In this document: positions 1 to 13,800 of the stretch, piece after piece
Layout: each line of letters opens with the position of its first letter
Numbering within the stretch: the first letter of the stretch is position 1
Assembly (NCBI GenBank): GCA_002269645.1
Contig: NIVC01001783.1
Span: forward strand, 173,853 to 237,852
DNA: 64,000 nucleotides
Source: Macrostomum lignano
Lineage: Eukaryota
Reading direction: 5' to 3'
The notes under the pieces: generated by a model
Databases searched by the model: none
The model's input: only the letters and a program-made list of their open reading frames with translations
Told to the model about the DNA's origin: nothing
Made by a program: the position numbers and the translations under genes

Positions 1-179
1 CTATTTAGCAGTTAAATTTTATTTCCCCTGGTTGGCTTTTAATTCCACCAATTGGATATTTTTGTGTCATTTAAGAGCCAATTTCATTCCATTATGTTCA
101 AGCTCTGAATTGACCTGAGTTGTCAAAAGTTTTGCTTGCGAATCACTATTTATCCACAACTATGGATTAAAATGACCCT

Positions 180-560
180 ATGCTGGGCGGCGAGGAGTCT
201 CCTCTCAGTCGAGAGATCAGAAGAGCTGAAGTGAGCACTAGTTTAGTGTTAGGTGCCCCCTTTTGTCAGCTGTGCCCTTGCACCCTTCTGAGCTGTTGGC
301 TGCCGCTGGCCAGAGCTCTCCCTCTCCCTCTCTCTCTCCCTCTCTCTTCCTCTCCCTTTCTCCCTCTTCCTCCCCATTGTCATTTTGTCTGCCTGCGCTC
401 CTTTTTCTGTCCCCCTTTTTCCAGTTCCTTTGCATTCCCAGTGTCTGAGCTTCTTCACTCAGCTGTCCTTGATTCATTGTCTGTCTGGCCTCTCTCCCCC
501 TTTTCTTGTGTGGCTGCGTTTGTTCATTCCAAGTTCAGCACTCAAGCTATACTCTCGGTC
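180..560. repeat. CT-rich low-complexity tract
   Basis: (ct)n-rich; spurious ORFs. Confidence 0.7.
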
Positions 561-699
561 TGGCTTGTACGGTAGCAGATCACGTGCCCTAGGCACTCTG
601 TCCTTTTCTTGTGCTGCCTTGTGCAATCTCGTGTATCAGTCTCTAAATAAGGAACAATGTCCTTGCCTCTCTGGCGGGGCTCTGCGCTTGTTTCTAAAA

Positions 700-2200
700 T
701 AGAACTAAATCATGCCAGGTTGAGGGGCGCAGTGAGAGCGGCCTTGCCCACTCTGGCACAATGGGGTATTGCTGAAATCGATCCGCTATCCTATAAGTAT
801 AGGCCTCTTGTGCCTTAGTTTGGCAACCACGTGTTTAACCTCTCCTTTTGCCACCCTTCGTTTATGAGTCGGGACTAAACATTGCTCTTATTTATAAGGC
901 TTGCGCAGCTCACGCTAGCTCTTTGCTAACTTAACTTCTGAGTGCCTGAGTGTGAGCTAAACCCCCAGACAAGCTAACCAGAAACTAGCACAGTTCCTCC
1001 TCCCCACACTTGAGCCCGACAGGACCACTGACGAGGTGTGCACCGGTGCGAACTGTCAAATCTGCATGGCGTGCTAAGTTCTCGTGTCTCATTTATTTTG
1101 CTCAGCCCGGAGTCTCCCTCACCGAAGGACAAGATCCAAGCAAGCTGGTGGCAATACTACCTACGCTATTGAAAGCTAAGAGAACTTCCCACTGAAGAGG
1201 CTTGAGACTTAAGGTAATCTTAAGTGCCTAAATGGGAAGCAACAGCAAACACTTCACTGGTGGCAGCAGTGGGATTTCAAGACTTACTAGGCTATTGCTA
1301 AATAGCATTGAGCAAAGTATAGCAAGTACAACAAAAAGACACTTCAAAGCTCTCAACTGCACCAACAACTATGATGGAGAGCCCTATGACCAGGCACTAC
1401 TTAATGAGTTCAACCCACATGGCGAAGGCCCTGCTAGCCCTGCCTACTCCGGTGCCCTCTCCCGAGCCGCCTATGGCCCTGATGCCCACGAGCAGCCCCG
1501 GCGTTTGGCTGCATGGGCTGCATGGGATTGAATCAGTATAGTGCCTCTGGCCCCCAAGCTGGAGGCCATCCATGTTTTGGAGTCAGAGTGGCATTTGACA
1601 CTGCCTTTCCTGCCATAAAACTAGACGAGTGGGTCCAGTCAGTCATCACTAGTGGAAGCAGCAGTTGCCAACACCTAGTCCGACCACACATAGCACCTAG
1701 CCGAGCTGCTGCTCTGGGAATATGCTAGGGACTCAACACCCGGCAGATGAGCAACTGCCACCACTAGCGCGACTATACCCTGACCTTTAGACAGCCGGCG
1801 GTGGCCCGAGCTGTCAGAATTACCACCAATCTTTTGTGCAAACGGCTATAACAATTGGTAGGCAGCCTGCGCTATGGCACATTCTGTTTGTTAGTTGGCC
1901 TATTTGTCGACCATGCAGCAACACTGGGGTGCGGAATAATGACCACCCTTCTCCAGCATAGCCACCAGGCCCAAATTGCTCCAAATAATGCCCCTGCTCG
2001 CTGAGGCCAGTTGGCGACATGGGGCCATCAAATCTAAAGATAACCAGAAATGCTCATCAATTGCTGACTGTTCCCCAGCGCCCCCGCACCTGTGGTAGGC
2101 CAGTCTACCACTGGAGTTCAGCAGCAATTGGCAACTCTGGCGAGATGTCTCCCACGGCTGACAAATTGACATCATCTAATTCTACCAATGGACTAGACTT
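700..2200 (+). mobile_element. highly decayed LTR retrotransposon 5' region
   Basis: tggtggcagcagtgggatt at 1258-1276 is a 1-mismatch tRNA-Leu primer-binding site right after a ...ttca end, followed by broken GC-richer gag-like sequence; boundaries uncertain. Confidence 0.45.
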
Positions 2201-3729
2201 AGCTATTTTCTTCTTTTTCTCCTGGTAGATCCATCCATTGTTCTCCTGGCTATACCTTCCCTTGCCCCATCTTTGTTTTAATGTGTTTTTAACATTTTCA
2301 ATTGCCAGTTTAATTCTTTTCCCTTGCGTGGCCTACCTGCTGCTCCCTTTGGTATCCCACTCCTGGGAATTAACCATGTCTATGTATATAAAATCTTGCG
2401 TGTTTTACTCAGTTTTAACTTTCCCATTGGTACTTATTCTATACCCCTTCTAATTTCAGTTTAATTTCCTAATTGCATGTTCTCTTGACCTTTATTTCTT
2501 AATTCATTACTTTTTGCCCTTGGCACCGCCAAATTTATCTCATCATTGCAGCAACAATAATAATTGACAATAATATTTATTAGCTTTGCCTAACTTAGTA
2601 TTTATTCAGTTAACAATAATAACTATTGATGACAACTATTTATTCATCTTATTTATTCATCTTCATTCTTAATCAAAGCCGTTAGTTTTCTATTGAGTCA
2701 TTTGCCTACGGGGCCTAAAACAATCTATTTGTCTCATCTCAAAGAAAGCTATAAGACCCTCAACAATCCATAATACAAAATTATGGTAGTGGCAGTGCTA
2801 CTTTACTACTGATAGTAACAAACTAAGCATATTGACAGACTATGAAATTTATAGTATCTGAAGACCCAATTGAATGACTGTGCCATTAAAAGACTGTTTG
2901 ACTGCAAATTATGACTACCCTCCCTCTAGACTTGAGGACCTAGCAGATGGAGTATTGAAGGAGAAGAGTTATGAATCAGTTTATGAAATTTTCTAGCTTT
3001 ATGAGTACCAAGACATCACAGGTGGCAATTCAATTTCAAAGTTTAAAACTGTTTCAACTCTCACCTCATTGGTGTCAGCGAAGCAAACCAATGCCCCATT
3101 AATTTATTTTCTTCTTTTCTCGTACCTCAATACCTAGACCAGACCTATGCTTAGATAAAATACTTAGACTTATACTTTTTTAGATTATTCTAAGATATAA
3201 TAAACTTATAATAGAATAATATTATATTGGTGGCAGATACCAACATTTAGTAGGCCTATATTTAATTAATTAGGAAAAAAGCAAAGCCATATCACAACTT
3301 TAGTAGTATTTTGTAAGATCCAATTAGACAGAAGAATACTACTAGGGCCTAGCAAAATTGTATTGAATTGGCTTTAGGCCTAGCTATACTGATAAAAGAC
3401 TATATCCAAAAAATAGGCCAGCTACTAAGTCTACTTTGAATAACTTAAAGGCTTAACAATATGACATCAATAGGCCTAAGTAATTAAGCCTATGTAGGCC
3501 AAATATTATATTAAAACTTGATATTAGGGGGCCTAAGAAAAAGCTTAAAATTCAAATGACAAATGGTGAAATAATTTTTGTAAATTGTAAAACCTAATTA
3601 ACTAGGCCTATACCCATTAGACATGCTAGACAAGTAAGACAACAGCTTCCTAATCCTAGCCTTGTAGATAATCAATACATAGAAATCCAAAAAGAAACAT
3701 TTCAAAAAGTGGGAAGGGCAGGTTTGAGG

Positions 3730-4142
3730 TTCAATGGCAGATTTAGGAGGGAGAGGCATACAGGATGCATACCCCCTGTTGAATATGATATTTTTTATGG
3801 AAAATGCACATTATTATCTACCAATTATTTTTAGCATTGGTCAGCACTCATTTTAGCACTAGACTAGGGGCCTAGGCATATAGGCTATATAGGCCTAAGC
3901 ACTCATTTTAGTACCACAGGCCCTATTTTAGTACCACAGGCACTCATTTTAGTGCCGCAGGTGCTATGTTTTGTCGCCCTGCAGCAAAAATGCAAAGCAG
4001 CAAAAAATAAGAGTAAAAAATAAGCTGAAAGTCTACATTTAGCATTTAATTTGTGGAGGGGTCAGATACCATTACTGCCCCCCTCCACTTTAAAAAAGTG
4101 GGGGCCATGGCCCCACTGTCGCCCCCGTTCCTACGCCTATGA
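3730..4142. mobile_element. possible decayed or composite hAT-like MITE
   Basis: caatggcagatttagg start, internal gcactcattttagtaccacagg repeats, GC-rich ...gttcctacgcctatg end; the ends do not match each other. Confidence 0.35.
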
Positions 4143-6250
4143 CTACTTGTGAAATCGCTGGAGAACATAAAGTAGACCTATCTAAACAGCGCATGCTATG
4201 CAACTTGCTAATTAGGCCTAAGCGACCTGCCAATCTGCCATTGTAGGCAAGTTAAAAAAAGTGACGCCGTCGCCATCTTGGATAAGCAGCAATACAAATA
4301 TACTGCCATTTGTTTGCTGTTTTTTCAAATACATTAAGAGAAAGAGAATATACCCTTTGTCAAATCGACGTACAAATCGTCGTCAAATCGACGTACAATT
4401 TTGGCAAAACAACCTTGGGCCCCTAGCTTTGGAACTTTCTGCGAAGTCGTTTTTTCTAAATATCAATCTTTAAAAAGGTTGTTTGGTATAACAAATTGGG
4501 AGCGAATGTAAGTCTGTCGCGAGCGGTTTTGATTATGGTTCAGTTGCCGCTTTTTTCAGCTGCAATTGTCAAAAAATATGATAGGAGCATATACTATACA
4601 TGACGTACGAAGTAAAGACTGTCTGGGATGGCCGACTGCATTCATCATTTGATATGCTTTCAGTAGTATTCGGCGTATCTGATCTCAGGCCATGCCAATG
4701 TCTGCAGGAGTGCGCAGATATGCTTTTAAGTTCGTTACTATGCCTTGCGACTTGATGTATATGTATAGGCTCGTGTAGCTGTCGATTTTAGATTTTTGGT
4801 TCACAAACGCTGAAGATGGCATGCAATACCGACGATGTAGCCTACCTAGCTATACATACATGGAAGCGATACAGAATTGGGATGCTGAACTTTAACCCGT
4901 TTCTCTGCGGCTTGAAGTCTGTATATTGCATGTCTCTAGGAGCTAAATCTAAATGTAAACCATGTAAAATAAACTGAGCAGCTTATTCACGCTGGTGGGT
5001 GGGTGTAGGTACATATGATAGATAATGTGCACTGTACAACAAATTTCAATATGTAGAACTTTCCACGGATTTTTCGCTAGATTGGAAGTTTCAGACTCGT
5101 ATTCTCGTTTTTTTGCTAATGTATATGTCACATGCATTATAGCCACAACTCAGTAACAGTAAGCTTTGCACTGAAGTAGACGATTACTCAGAATTGTATT
5201 TTATTATATATTTTGACTAACTTCATTCATAGTTTTTACTACATATTGAATTCGTGTTAAACGTGTTTAAAAAGCGTGTCGAACGTTACGCACCCGGGCC
5301 AGTCTTCACATCTGCTAGTTGCCAGTGAACTTTGAAAAAAATATGGTATTTTTTAAACTACATGTACGCTCGTATTATTATTAGTTTTTTTCAAAAAGGA
5401 GTACTTGGAGGAAAACTTTAATAAAGCTAGCTAAAATAAAATGAAACTGAAAAGCTCGTTTTGTAGTATAGATAATTATTTGCAACTAATTTAAAGAACT
5501 TCGAAGAATGTTTTGAAAAGCAACAATGCGTTTTAGTGATAGCCGCGTTTCATTTTTGATGGCGATCGAGTGTACACAGAACTTTGCGAAATAGCGCCAG
5601 CAGGAATCGAATTGTAATGATTGTTGAAATAGTGTAAGTCACTCCTGCAAGGACTACGTCGATTTTGCCATAAAGATGGTCGACAAGTCCCAATCGAGAC
5701 AGGCTTTGAAGAAACGGTCTTTGGTGTTTGATCAAGCGTTACATTAAATTTAAACTCTGAAAAGGGCATATCTTGACTTTGCTTTGTGTTAAACTCGGCT
5801 GCTAACGTACTCATGCAATGCTTCATTAAGTCAAGCCTTCTTTGAAGTGATAACGGAAAGCATCTAATTCGATTGAATGGCCTTCATGACACTCGGCCGT
5901 CCGTGAGATCTTTTCTATAGTATGTCAAGTGAGCATCATGTCAATGACGTCTCTCTCGTCACCGCCTGTGTGATTAAATAACCTAGCTAGTACACAGGAA
6001 CTGCGAAGACTGTGCCAGTGATTAGATCCGCGATTTGGTAGTGTCTTCGGCAACACTGCCTGTGCTTCCAGCACATCTCGATCTCGTTTTCATGTACAAG
6101 CGTAAAAGCTAGGATCTGAAGACATGCAAAACACAAAAAATTTATGATTTGTTACGATTTTTTGTGAGAAAAGGGCCAAGATGAATAGGGAATTTTTTTA
6201 GATCTCAGTGTTCATCGGGGGAATCGCTGAACTTCTGTGGCTCGATCCGA

Positions 6251-7641
6251 TCAAGGCTCACGGGGAAATTGCTGAGATCTCAAGGCTTACGGGGGGATTG
6301 CTGAGATGTCAAGGCTCACGGGGAAATTGCTGAGATCTCAAGGCTTACGGGGGGATTGCTGAGATGTCAAGGCTTATGGGGGAATTGCTGAGATGTCAAG
6401 GCTCACGAGGAATTTCTGAGATGTCAAGGCTCACGGTCACGAGGAATTGCTGAGATGTCAAGGCTCATGGGGGAATTGCTGAGATGTCAAGGCTCATGGG
6501 GGAATTGCTGAGATGTCAAGGCTCATGGGGGAATTGCTGAGATGTCAAGGCTCATGGGGGAATTGCTGAGATGTCAAGGCTTATGGGGGAATTGCTGAGA
6601 TGTCAAGGCTCACGAGGAATTGCTGAGATGTCAAGGCTCACGAGGAATTGCTGAGATGTCAAGGCTCATGGGGGAATTGCTGAGATGTCAAGGCTTATGG
6701 GGGCATTGCTGAGATGTCAAGGCTCATGGGGGAATTGCTGAGATGTCAAGGCTCATGGGGGAATTGCTGAGATGTCAAGGCTCATGGGGGAATTGCTGAG
6801 ATGTCAAGGCTCATGGGGGAATTGCTGAGATGTCAAGGCTCATGGGGGAATTGCTGAGATGTCAAGGCTCATGGGGGAATTGCTGAGATGTCAAGGCTCA
6901 TGGGGGAATTGCTGAGATGTCAAGGCTCATGGGGGAATTGCTGAGATGTCAAGGCTTATGGGGGCATTGCTGAGATGTCAAGGCTCACGAGGAATTGCTG
7001 AGATGTCAAGGCTCACGAGGAATTGCTGAGATGTCAAGGCTCACGAGGAATTGCTGAGATGTCAAGGCTCATGGGGGAATTGCTGAGATGTCAAGGCTCA
7101 TGGGGGAATTGCTGAGATGTCAAGGCTCATGGGGGAATTGCTGAGATGTCAAGGCTTATGGGGGCATTGCTGAGATGTCAAGGCTCACGAGGAATTGCTG
7201 AGATGTCAAGGCTCATGGGGGAATTGCTGAGATGTCAAGGCTCATGGGGGAATTGCTGAGATGTCAAGGCTCATGGGGGAATTGCTGAGATGTCAAGGCT
7301 CATGGGGGAATTGCTGAGATGTCAAGGCTCATGGGGGAATTGCTGAGATGTCAAGGCTCATGGGGGAATTGCTGAGATGTCAAGGCTTATGGGGGCATTG
7401 CTGAGATGTCAAGGCTCATGGGGGAATTGCTGAGATGTCAAGGCTCATGGGGGAATTGCTGAGATGTCAAGGCTCATGGGGGAATTGCTGAGATGTCAAG
7501 GCTCATGGGGGAATTGCTGAGATGTCAAGGCTCATGGGGGAATTGCTGAGATGTCAAGGCTCATGGGGGAATTGCTGAGATGTCAAGGCTCATGGGGGAA
7601 TTGCTGAGATTGCTCATGAGAATTGCTCAAGGCTCATGGGG
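6251..7641. repeat. 29-bp minisatellite (gggggaattgctgagatgtcaaggctcat)n, ~47 copies
   Basis: Direct periodicity with a few variant units. Confidence 0.98.
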
Positions 7642-8142
7642 ATTTGCTTTCATTTTTCTCAAGAAACTAACAAAAGTGATTGTACAAGGCCGAAAACTAC
7701 GTGTACTTTATTCAATTTTCTTGCTAATCCTTTCATTTGGGAGCCCTGATTGCTAGTCACCATTTGTGTGGCTCTTGTTTTATACTGATAGAAAGATATA
7801 ATAGGAGAATGTAACGACTTTGCAACGCGACTTTCAGCTGGTTCTCCATTTAGCTAATCCAAACAGAAAGTAATCAGAGATTGTAAGAGTTGTAGCACGA
7901 TCAATGTGTGCATATTTAGTTATGCTAAAAGGCTATATAGATGTGAAACTGAAAACGAAAATTTGAAAAATGTGTCGAATAAACATTGTGTGTCGCTTGT
8001 CTATTTATATAAATTTCCCAATCACTACTACAAAATTGTTAAACATAAATTAGACAACAACGATGACTCAGTGCATTCTAACAATATAGCATTTTAATAT
8101 AATACAGCTTACGGGATATAAATATAGCATTACATATACAGG

Positions 8143-8580
8143 ACCCACAGATACTAGATGGGCCACTCAGCACATTTGCGTGTCAACTACTTTCAGTTCA
8201 GTAGTAAGTTAAAACAGAAAGCATTTTTAATGTATTTTCAAAGCCAAGGCTCATTTTATTGGCTCTTACCCCCAAGCCTAAACCGTCCAATCGCGCCTTT
8301 CCACGCTACCCCCAGTCCCGCTCCAATTTTTATTGCCCTTCTCGGAATTCCAGCCTAGAGCTGCCATGTACATTCAGTGGACTGGCTAATGTACATTATT
8401 GCTGAACCAATTAGCAAGCTGTTTACGCCTGCAAGCTTGGGCTTCTAAGTTTATCAAATTCATTTCAGCTGCCTTATTATTATAAAATAGCTTATGTATT
8501 CTTCTCTGCTACTGAACTGAAAGTAGAAAGCTGCTTTACTAAGCAAACATGCCTATCTAGTTATTCTAGTATCTGTGTGC
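8143..8580. mobile_element. MITE family copy 1
   Basis: Outer inverted repeat cacagatactaga and inner inverted repeat ctactttcagttcagtag; homologous over its length to 61290-61752. Confidence 0.8.
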
Positions 8581-9145
8581 AGGACTAAATATACAAATTT
8601 ATCACAGAAAAAAGATTTAATTACTTATTTTTTTATTTCAAAAAAATTCAGCATTATAGAGGCTTAACTGGAAGCGACGCAAAATTCATAAATTAGTTTA
8701 GAAACCGAATTAATTAACTTATTATAAATATTTGCACGAAACAGATTATCAAGTCGACAAACTGAGGTGATATGGGTGATAAAAATGACCGCCAAAATAT
8801 AACAGACTTTTAAAACAAAATTCGAAGTTGGCTCTCAATGAATATTATTGCACAATCGATAAAAAAGAGAGAACACACACGATTTTGTCTCACCGCTGTG
8901 ATCACTAAAATTTGATCATAGCAATTGCATGAAAAATGTAAATAGTTGCAATACAAATTATGGTCCATAATTATGTCATGCGCCAATATCTACTAATGTA
9001 CTGTACTTAAGCTGTTGACAATACGCCAAAGAGTACTAAAACTAAGCTGAGGATGCGAATTTATCTAATCAAATTTGAACAATTTAGCAAGTTTGAGACC
9101 ACGAAAAGAATTATACATCAGTACAAGGATATTGTTTTACAAAGC

Positions 9146-10226
9146 TAGGGTTACTGGTGATGCACCCAGATTGTAGGTTTAGAACACCCCGGTGACCAAG
9201 GGTTACTGGGATTGCAATCCAGATTGTACGTTTAGAACACCACGGTGACCAAGGGTTACTGGGATTGCAATCCAGATTGTAGGTTTAGAACACCACGGTG
9301 ACCAAGGGTTACTGGGATTGCAATCCAGATTGTACGTTTAGAACACCACGGTGACCAAGGGTTACTGGGATTAAAATCCAGATTGTAGGTTTAGAACACC
9401 ACGGTGACCAAGGGTTACTGGGATTGCAATCCAGATTGTAGGTTTAGAACACCACGGTGACCAAGGGTTACTGGGATTGCAATCCAGATTGTAGGTTTAG
9501 AACACCACGGCGACCAAGGGTTACTGGGATTGCAATCCAGATTGTAGGTTTAGAACACCACGGTGACCAAGGGTTACTGGGATTGCAATCCAGATTGTAG
9601 GTTTAGAACACCACGGTGACCAAGGGTTACTGGGATTGCAATCCAGATTGTAGGTTTAGAACACCACGGTGACCAAGGGTTACTGGGATTAAAATCCAGA
9701 TTGTAGGTTTAGAACACCACGGTGACCAAGGGTTACTGGGATTGCAATCCAGATTGTAGGTTTAGAACACCACGGTGACCAAGGGTTACTGGGATTGCAA
9801 TCCAGATTGTAGGTTTAGAACACCACGGCGACCAAGGGTTACTAGGATTGCAATCCAGATTGTAGGTTTAGAACACCACGGTGACCAAGGGTTACTGGGA
9901 TTGCAATCCAGATTGTAGGTTTAGAACACCACGGCGACCAAGGGTTACTGGGATTGAAATCCAGATTGTAGGTTTAGAACACCACGGCGACCAAGGGTTA
10001 CTGGGATTGCAATCCAGATTGTAGGTTTAGAACACCACGGCGACCAAGGGTTACTGGGATTGCAATCCAGATTGTAGGTTTAGAACACCACGGTGACCAA
10101 GGGTTACTGGGATTGCAATCCAGATTGTAGGTTTAGAACACCACGGTGACCAAGGGTTACTGGGATTGCAATCCAGATTGTAGGTTTAGAACACCACGGT
10201 GACCAAGGGTTACTGGGATTGCAATC
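9146..10226. repeat. 53-bp minisatellite (ggtgaccaagggttactgggattgcaatccagattgtaggtttagaacaccac)n, ~20 copies
   Basis: Direct periodicity; starts ~250 bp after the beta-adaptin stop. Confidence 0.98.
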
Positions 10227-10476
10227 CAAAATGAAGGTTTAGAACGCTACGTGGCTAAGATAATTTTCTATCTTAAACACAATGGTCTCGAAAAAATGAT
10301 TAGTTGATAAATTGCGGAATAATTCAGATAATAAGCACGGTAGATAAATATTAAAGTGTAAACAATAACAATAAACGAAAAACAATAACAACAACGTGTT
10401 ATTTTATTTTAAAGGAATAGCGTGAAGGAATATTCAAGCTAAGCTAAGCCTACAATATAGTGAATTCAACAGTAAT

Positions 10477-10878
10477 TCAGCCTTTCAGAACGGCCAAGTA
10501 CGCCTCGTGCACTCCGGGATAGATTTCAACGTGCCTGGATTTCAAGCTCAAAGTGTAGGCATTAGTCTGCGGCACGATTTTCAGTTCGGCCAACACTAAA
10601 ATGCCGTTAGTGAGCTTCACGCACTGGTACAGCATGTCAGTTGATTCAACGCTACGCTTAGCAATGGTGAACACGTTAAATGAGCGAAGCATAGTGCTGG
10701 CCGTGTCCGCATCGTGAGCATAGGAGCCCAGGTTAAACTGGGTCTCATTCTCTGGCGGGATGTCTTTCCAGGTGGACAAAAACACGCGCTTGTCCATGTC
10801 GCCCTCCTCAGTGAACAGGGCGTACATTGGGATTAGACAGGCAAAGTAGAATATGTCAATGTTGTTCTTCACCGCCAC
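10477..10878 (-). CDS. AP1B1: beta-adaptin exon 10 ([12 protein letters not shown]...AVLKG*; appendage platform)
   Basis: gcgcag acceptor, TGA stop at 10477. Confidence 0.95.
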   Translation of the reverse strand: MAVKNNIDIFYFACLIPMYALFTEEGDMDKRVFLSTWKDIPPENETQFNLGSYAHDADTASTMLRSFNVFTIAKRSVESTDMLYQCVKLTNGILVLAELKIVPQTNAYTLSLKSRHVEIYPGVHEAYLAVLKG

Positions 10879-13800
10879 CTGCGCATGGGACAGGGAAGCG
10901 AAGGGATTAGTGAGGATTTTTAAGTGAGATTATCAGCACAATAACACAATGTGCAGCGTCTAAATGTGAATCGATCAGGATGGCGCTAAATCGATTAGGA
11001 TGGTGCCAAATCTATCAGAATTACACTGAATCAATTAAGATGGCGCCAAATCGATCAGAATTACACTGAATCAATTAAGATGGCGCCAAATCGATCAGAA
11101 TTACACTGAATCAATTAAGATGGCGCCAAATCGATCAGAATTACACTGAATCAATTAAGATGGCGCCAAATCGATCAGAATTACACTGAATCAATTAAGA
11201 TGGCGCCAAATCGATCAGAATTACACTGAATCAATTAAGATGGCGCCAAATCGATCAGAATTACACTGAATCAATTAAGATGGCGCCAAATCGATCAGAA
11301 TTACACTGAATCAATTAAGATGGCGCCAAATCGATCAGAATTACACTGAATCAATTAAGATGGCGCCAAATCGATCAGGATGGCGCCAAATCGATCAGGA
11401 TGGCGCCAAATCGATCAGAATTACACTGAATCAATTAAGATGGCGCCAAATCGATCAGGATGGCGCCAAATCGATCAGAATTACACTGAATCAATTAAGA
11501 TGGCGCCAAATCGATCAGAATTACACTGAATCAATTAAGATGGCGCCAAATCGATCAGAATTACACTGAATCAATTAAGATGGCGCCAAATCGATCAGAA
11601 TTACACTGAATCAATTAAGATGGCGCCAAATCGATCAGAATTACACTGAATCAATTAAGATGGCGCCAAATCGATCAGGATGGCGCCAAATCGATCAGGA
11701 TGGCGCCAAATCGATCAGAATTACACTGAATCAATTAAGATGGCGCCAAATCGATCAGGATGGCGCCAAATCGATCAGAATTACACTGAATCAATTAAGA
11801 TGGCGCCAAATCGATCAGAATTACACTGAATCAATTAAGATGGCGCCAAATCGATCAGAATTACACTGAATCAATCCAGGATGGCGCCAGATCAATCGAG
11901 ATTGCAAACAATTCAAGCAAGACAATGGACAAAGAACTAAAAATATGGCGCCAAATATGTACCGAAATGCAGCTAGTGACATGGACAGCTCACCTGCAGA
12001 GTCAGCAACGGATCCATCTTCTGCACTGGGCCCTTAGTATTCAACGGAAGCAGCGTGGTGACGCTTTGTTGCGGAGCCAGCGGATTCATAGCCAACGGTT
12101 GCGCTGGGGCCAGGCCGAAGCTGTTCTTATTGAACTGCACGGCGAATCCGTTTAACTGTTGCATAGCGTTATTTCGCAGCCGCAGCTCCATGCTCAGCTG
12201 CGGTCCGCGGCGCAGGAATCGGCCTTCAATTTGCAGGCCCTTGCCTTTCTGGGCCGGCAGCCACGTCTCCATTGGCGGATCGAAGCCGCCGCCTCCGCCC
12301 AGGCCGCCGCCGACGCCGCCGCCTAAACCGCCGAAAATGTCGGCTAACGAGTCGGCGCCGCTGCCGCCAGCGGCTGCTGAAGCTCCCGATGGTGGTACAG
12401 GCGAGGTGGCCGAGGGAGCCGGACCGCCGAGCTGCAATAATTGAGCGCGACATAAAGTAACAAAGTATATAACCGTAGATAAAAGTACATAGTGCAACAC
12501 ACGCTACAAAAGGTAGAATACACATGGAACGAAAAGTACACATGTACCAAACAAAAGTACAAATGTACTAAACAAAAGTACAAAATGAATATGTTCTAAA
12601 CAAAAGTACAAATGTACTAAACAAAAGTACACAATGAATATGTTCTAAACAAAAGTACAAATGTACTAAACAAAAGTACAAATGTACTAAACAAAAGTAA
12701 ACATGTACTAAACACAGGTGCATTTGTACTTAACAAAAGTACACTGTCCACATGTACTAAACAAAAGTACACATGTTCTAAACAATTAAGGACATGAGCT
12801 ATTCAAAAGTATATAAGTTTAACAGAGCTTCTTGTATAAATTTATCGCACAAAAATATTTTATAAGCTCAAATTTACGCTCGTATGAGCGTCTTTTTAAC
12901 TTAAAACTATACTAGTAGTAGTATACGTACAGATTGATAAGAAATTACATTAACTGTATGGGACATTAAGCAGGCAGGAGGTGCACAGAAGGTCAAACAG
13001 ACCCAGCCACTCTCCCGCCTCCATCTGATCCCAACTATCAAATTATCAATAGCAATTTAGTCCCGCTAGCGAAGCTCGTCACCAACATTTTGCTTGAGAG
13101 CGTCGACAAAGACAAGCGCTCATTGCGGGACAAAGACTGTAAAAACTTAGTTTCTAATAATATAATTGACAAATCCAAGTGTGAATTTGTCGCAAAAAAA
13201 CACAGGTGATTAATCTGGTTCACCAGCATAACCGCGGCATTTGCAACACAGCTAGCTCACCCAGCCAGCCAGTGGCGGCATTAAAATAGGACGGCTTTTC
13301 TTATGGGGAGATTCTCGGTGAGATCATAGAGAGATTCGCAGTGACATCATAGAAAGATATTCAGTGTGATGATATGAAGATTCTCGGCGAGAGTATATGG
13401 TGATTCCCAGTGAGATTATGGGAGATTCTTAGCGAGATTACATGGATATTCTTAGAGATTCTCAGTGAGATTATAGAGATTCTCAGTAAGATTAAATGAA
13501 TATTCTAAGCGAGGTTATTGGGAGATTCTCAGTGAGATTATAGGGAGATTCTTAGCGAGATTATATAAGAGATTCTCAGTGAGATTGTATAGGAGATTCT
13601 CAGTGAGATTATAAAGAGATTTTAAGTGAGATTTAGAGATATTTTTAGGGATATTAAATAGGGAGACATTCAGCGAGATCATAGCGAGATTCTCAATGAG
13701 ATTATAGAGAGATTCTCCTTGAAACTATATTGGGATTCTTAGGGCGAGATTCTATTGAATATTCTCAGTTTCTCAGGGAGATGCTATACTGCTAGGACTG

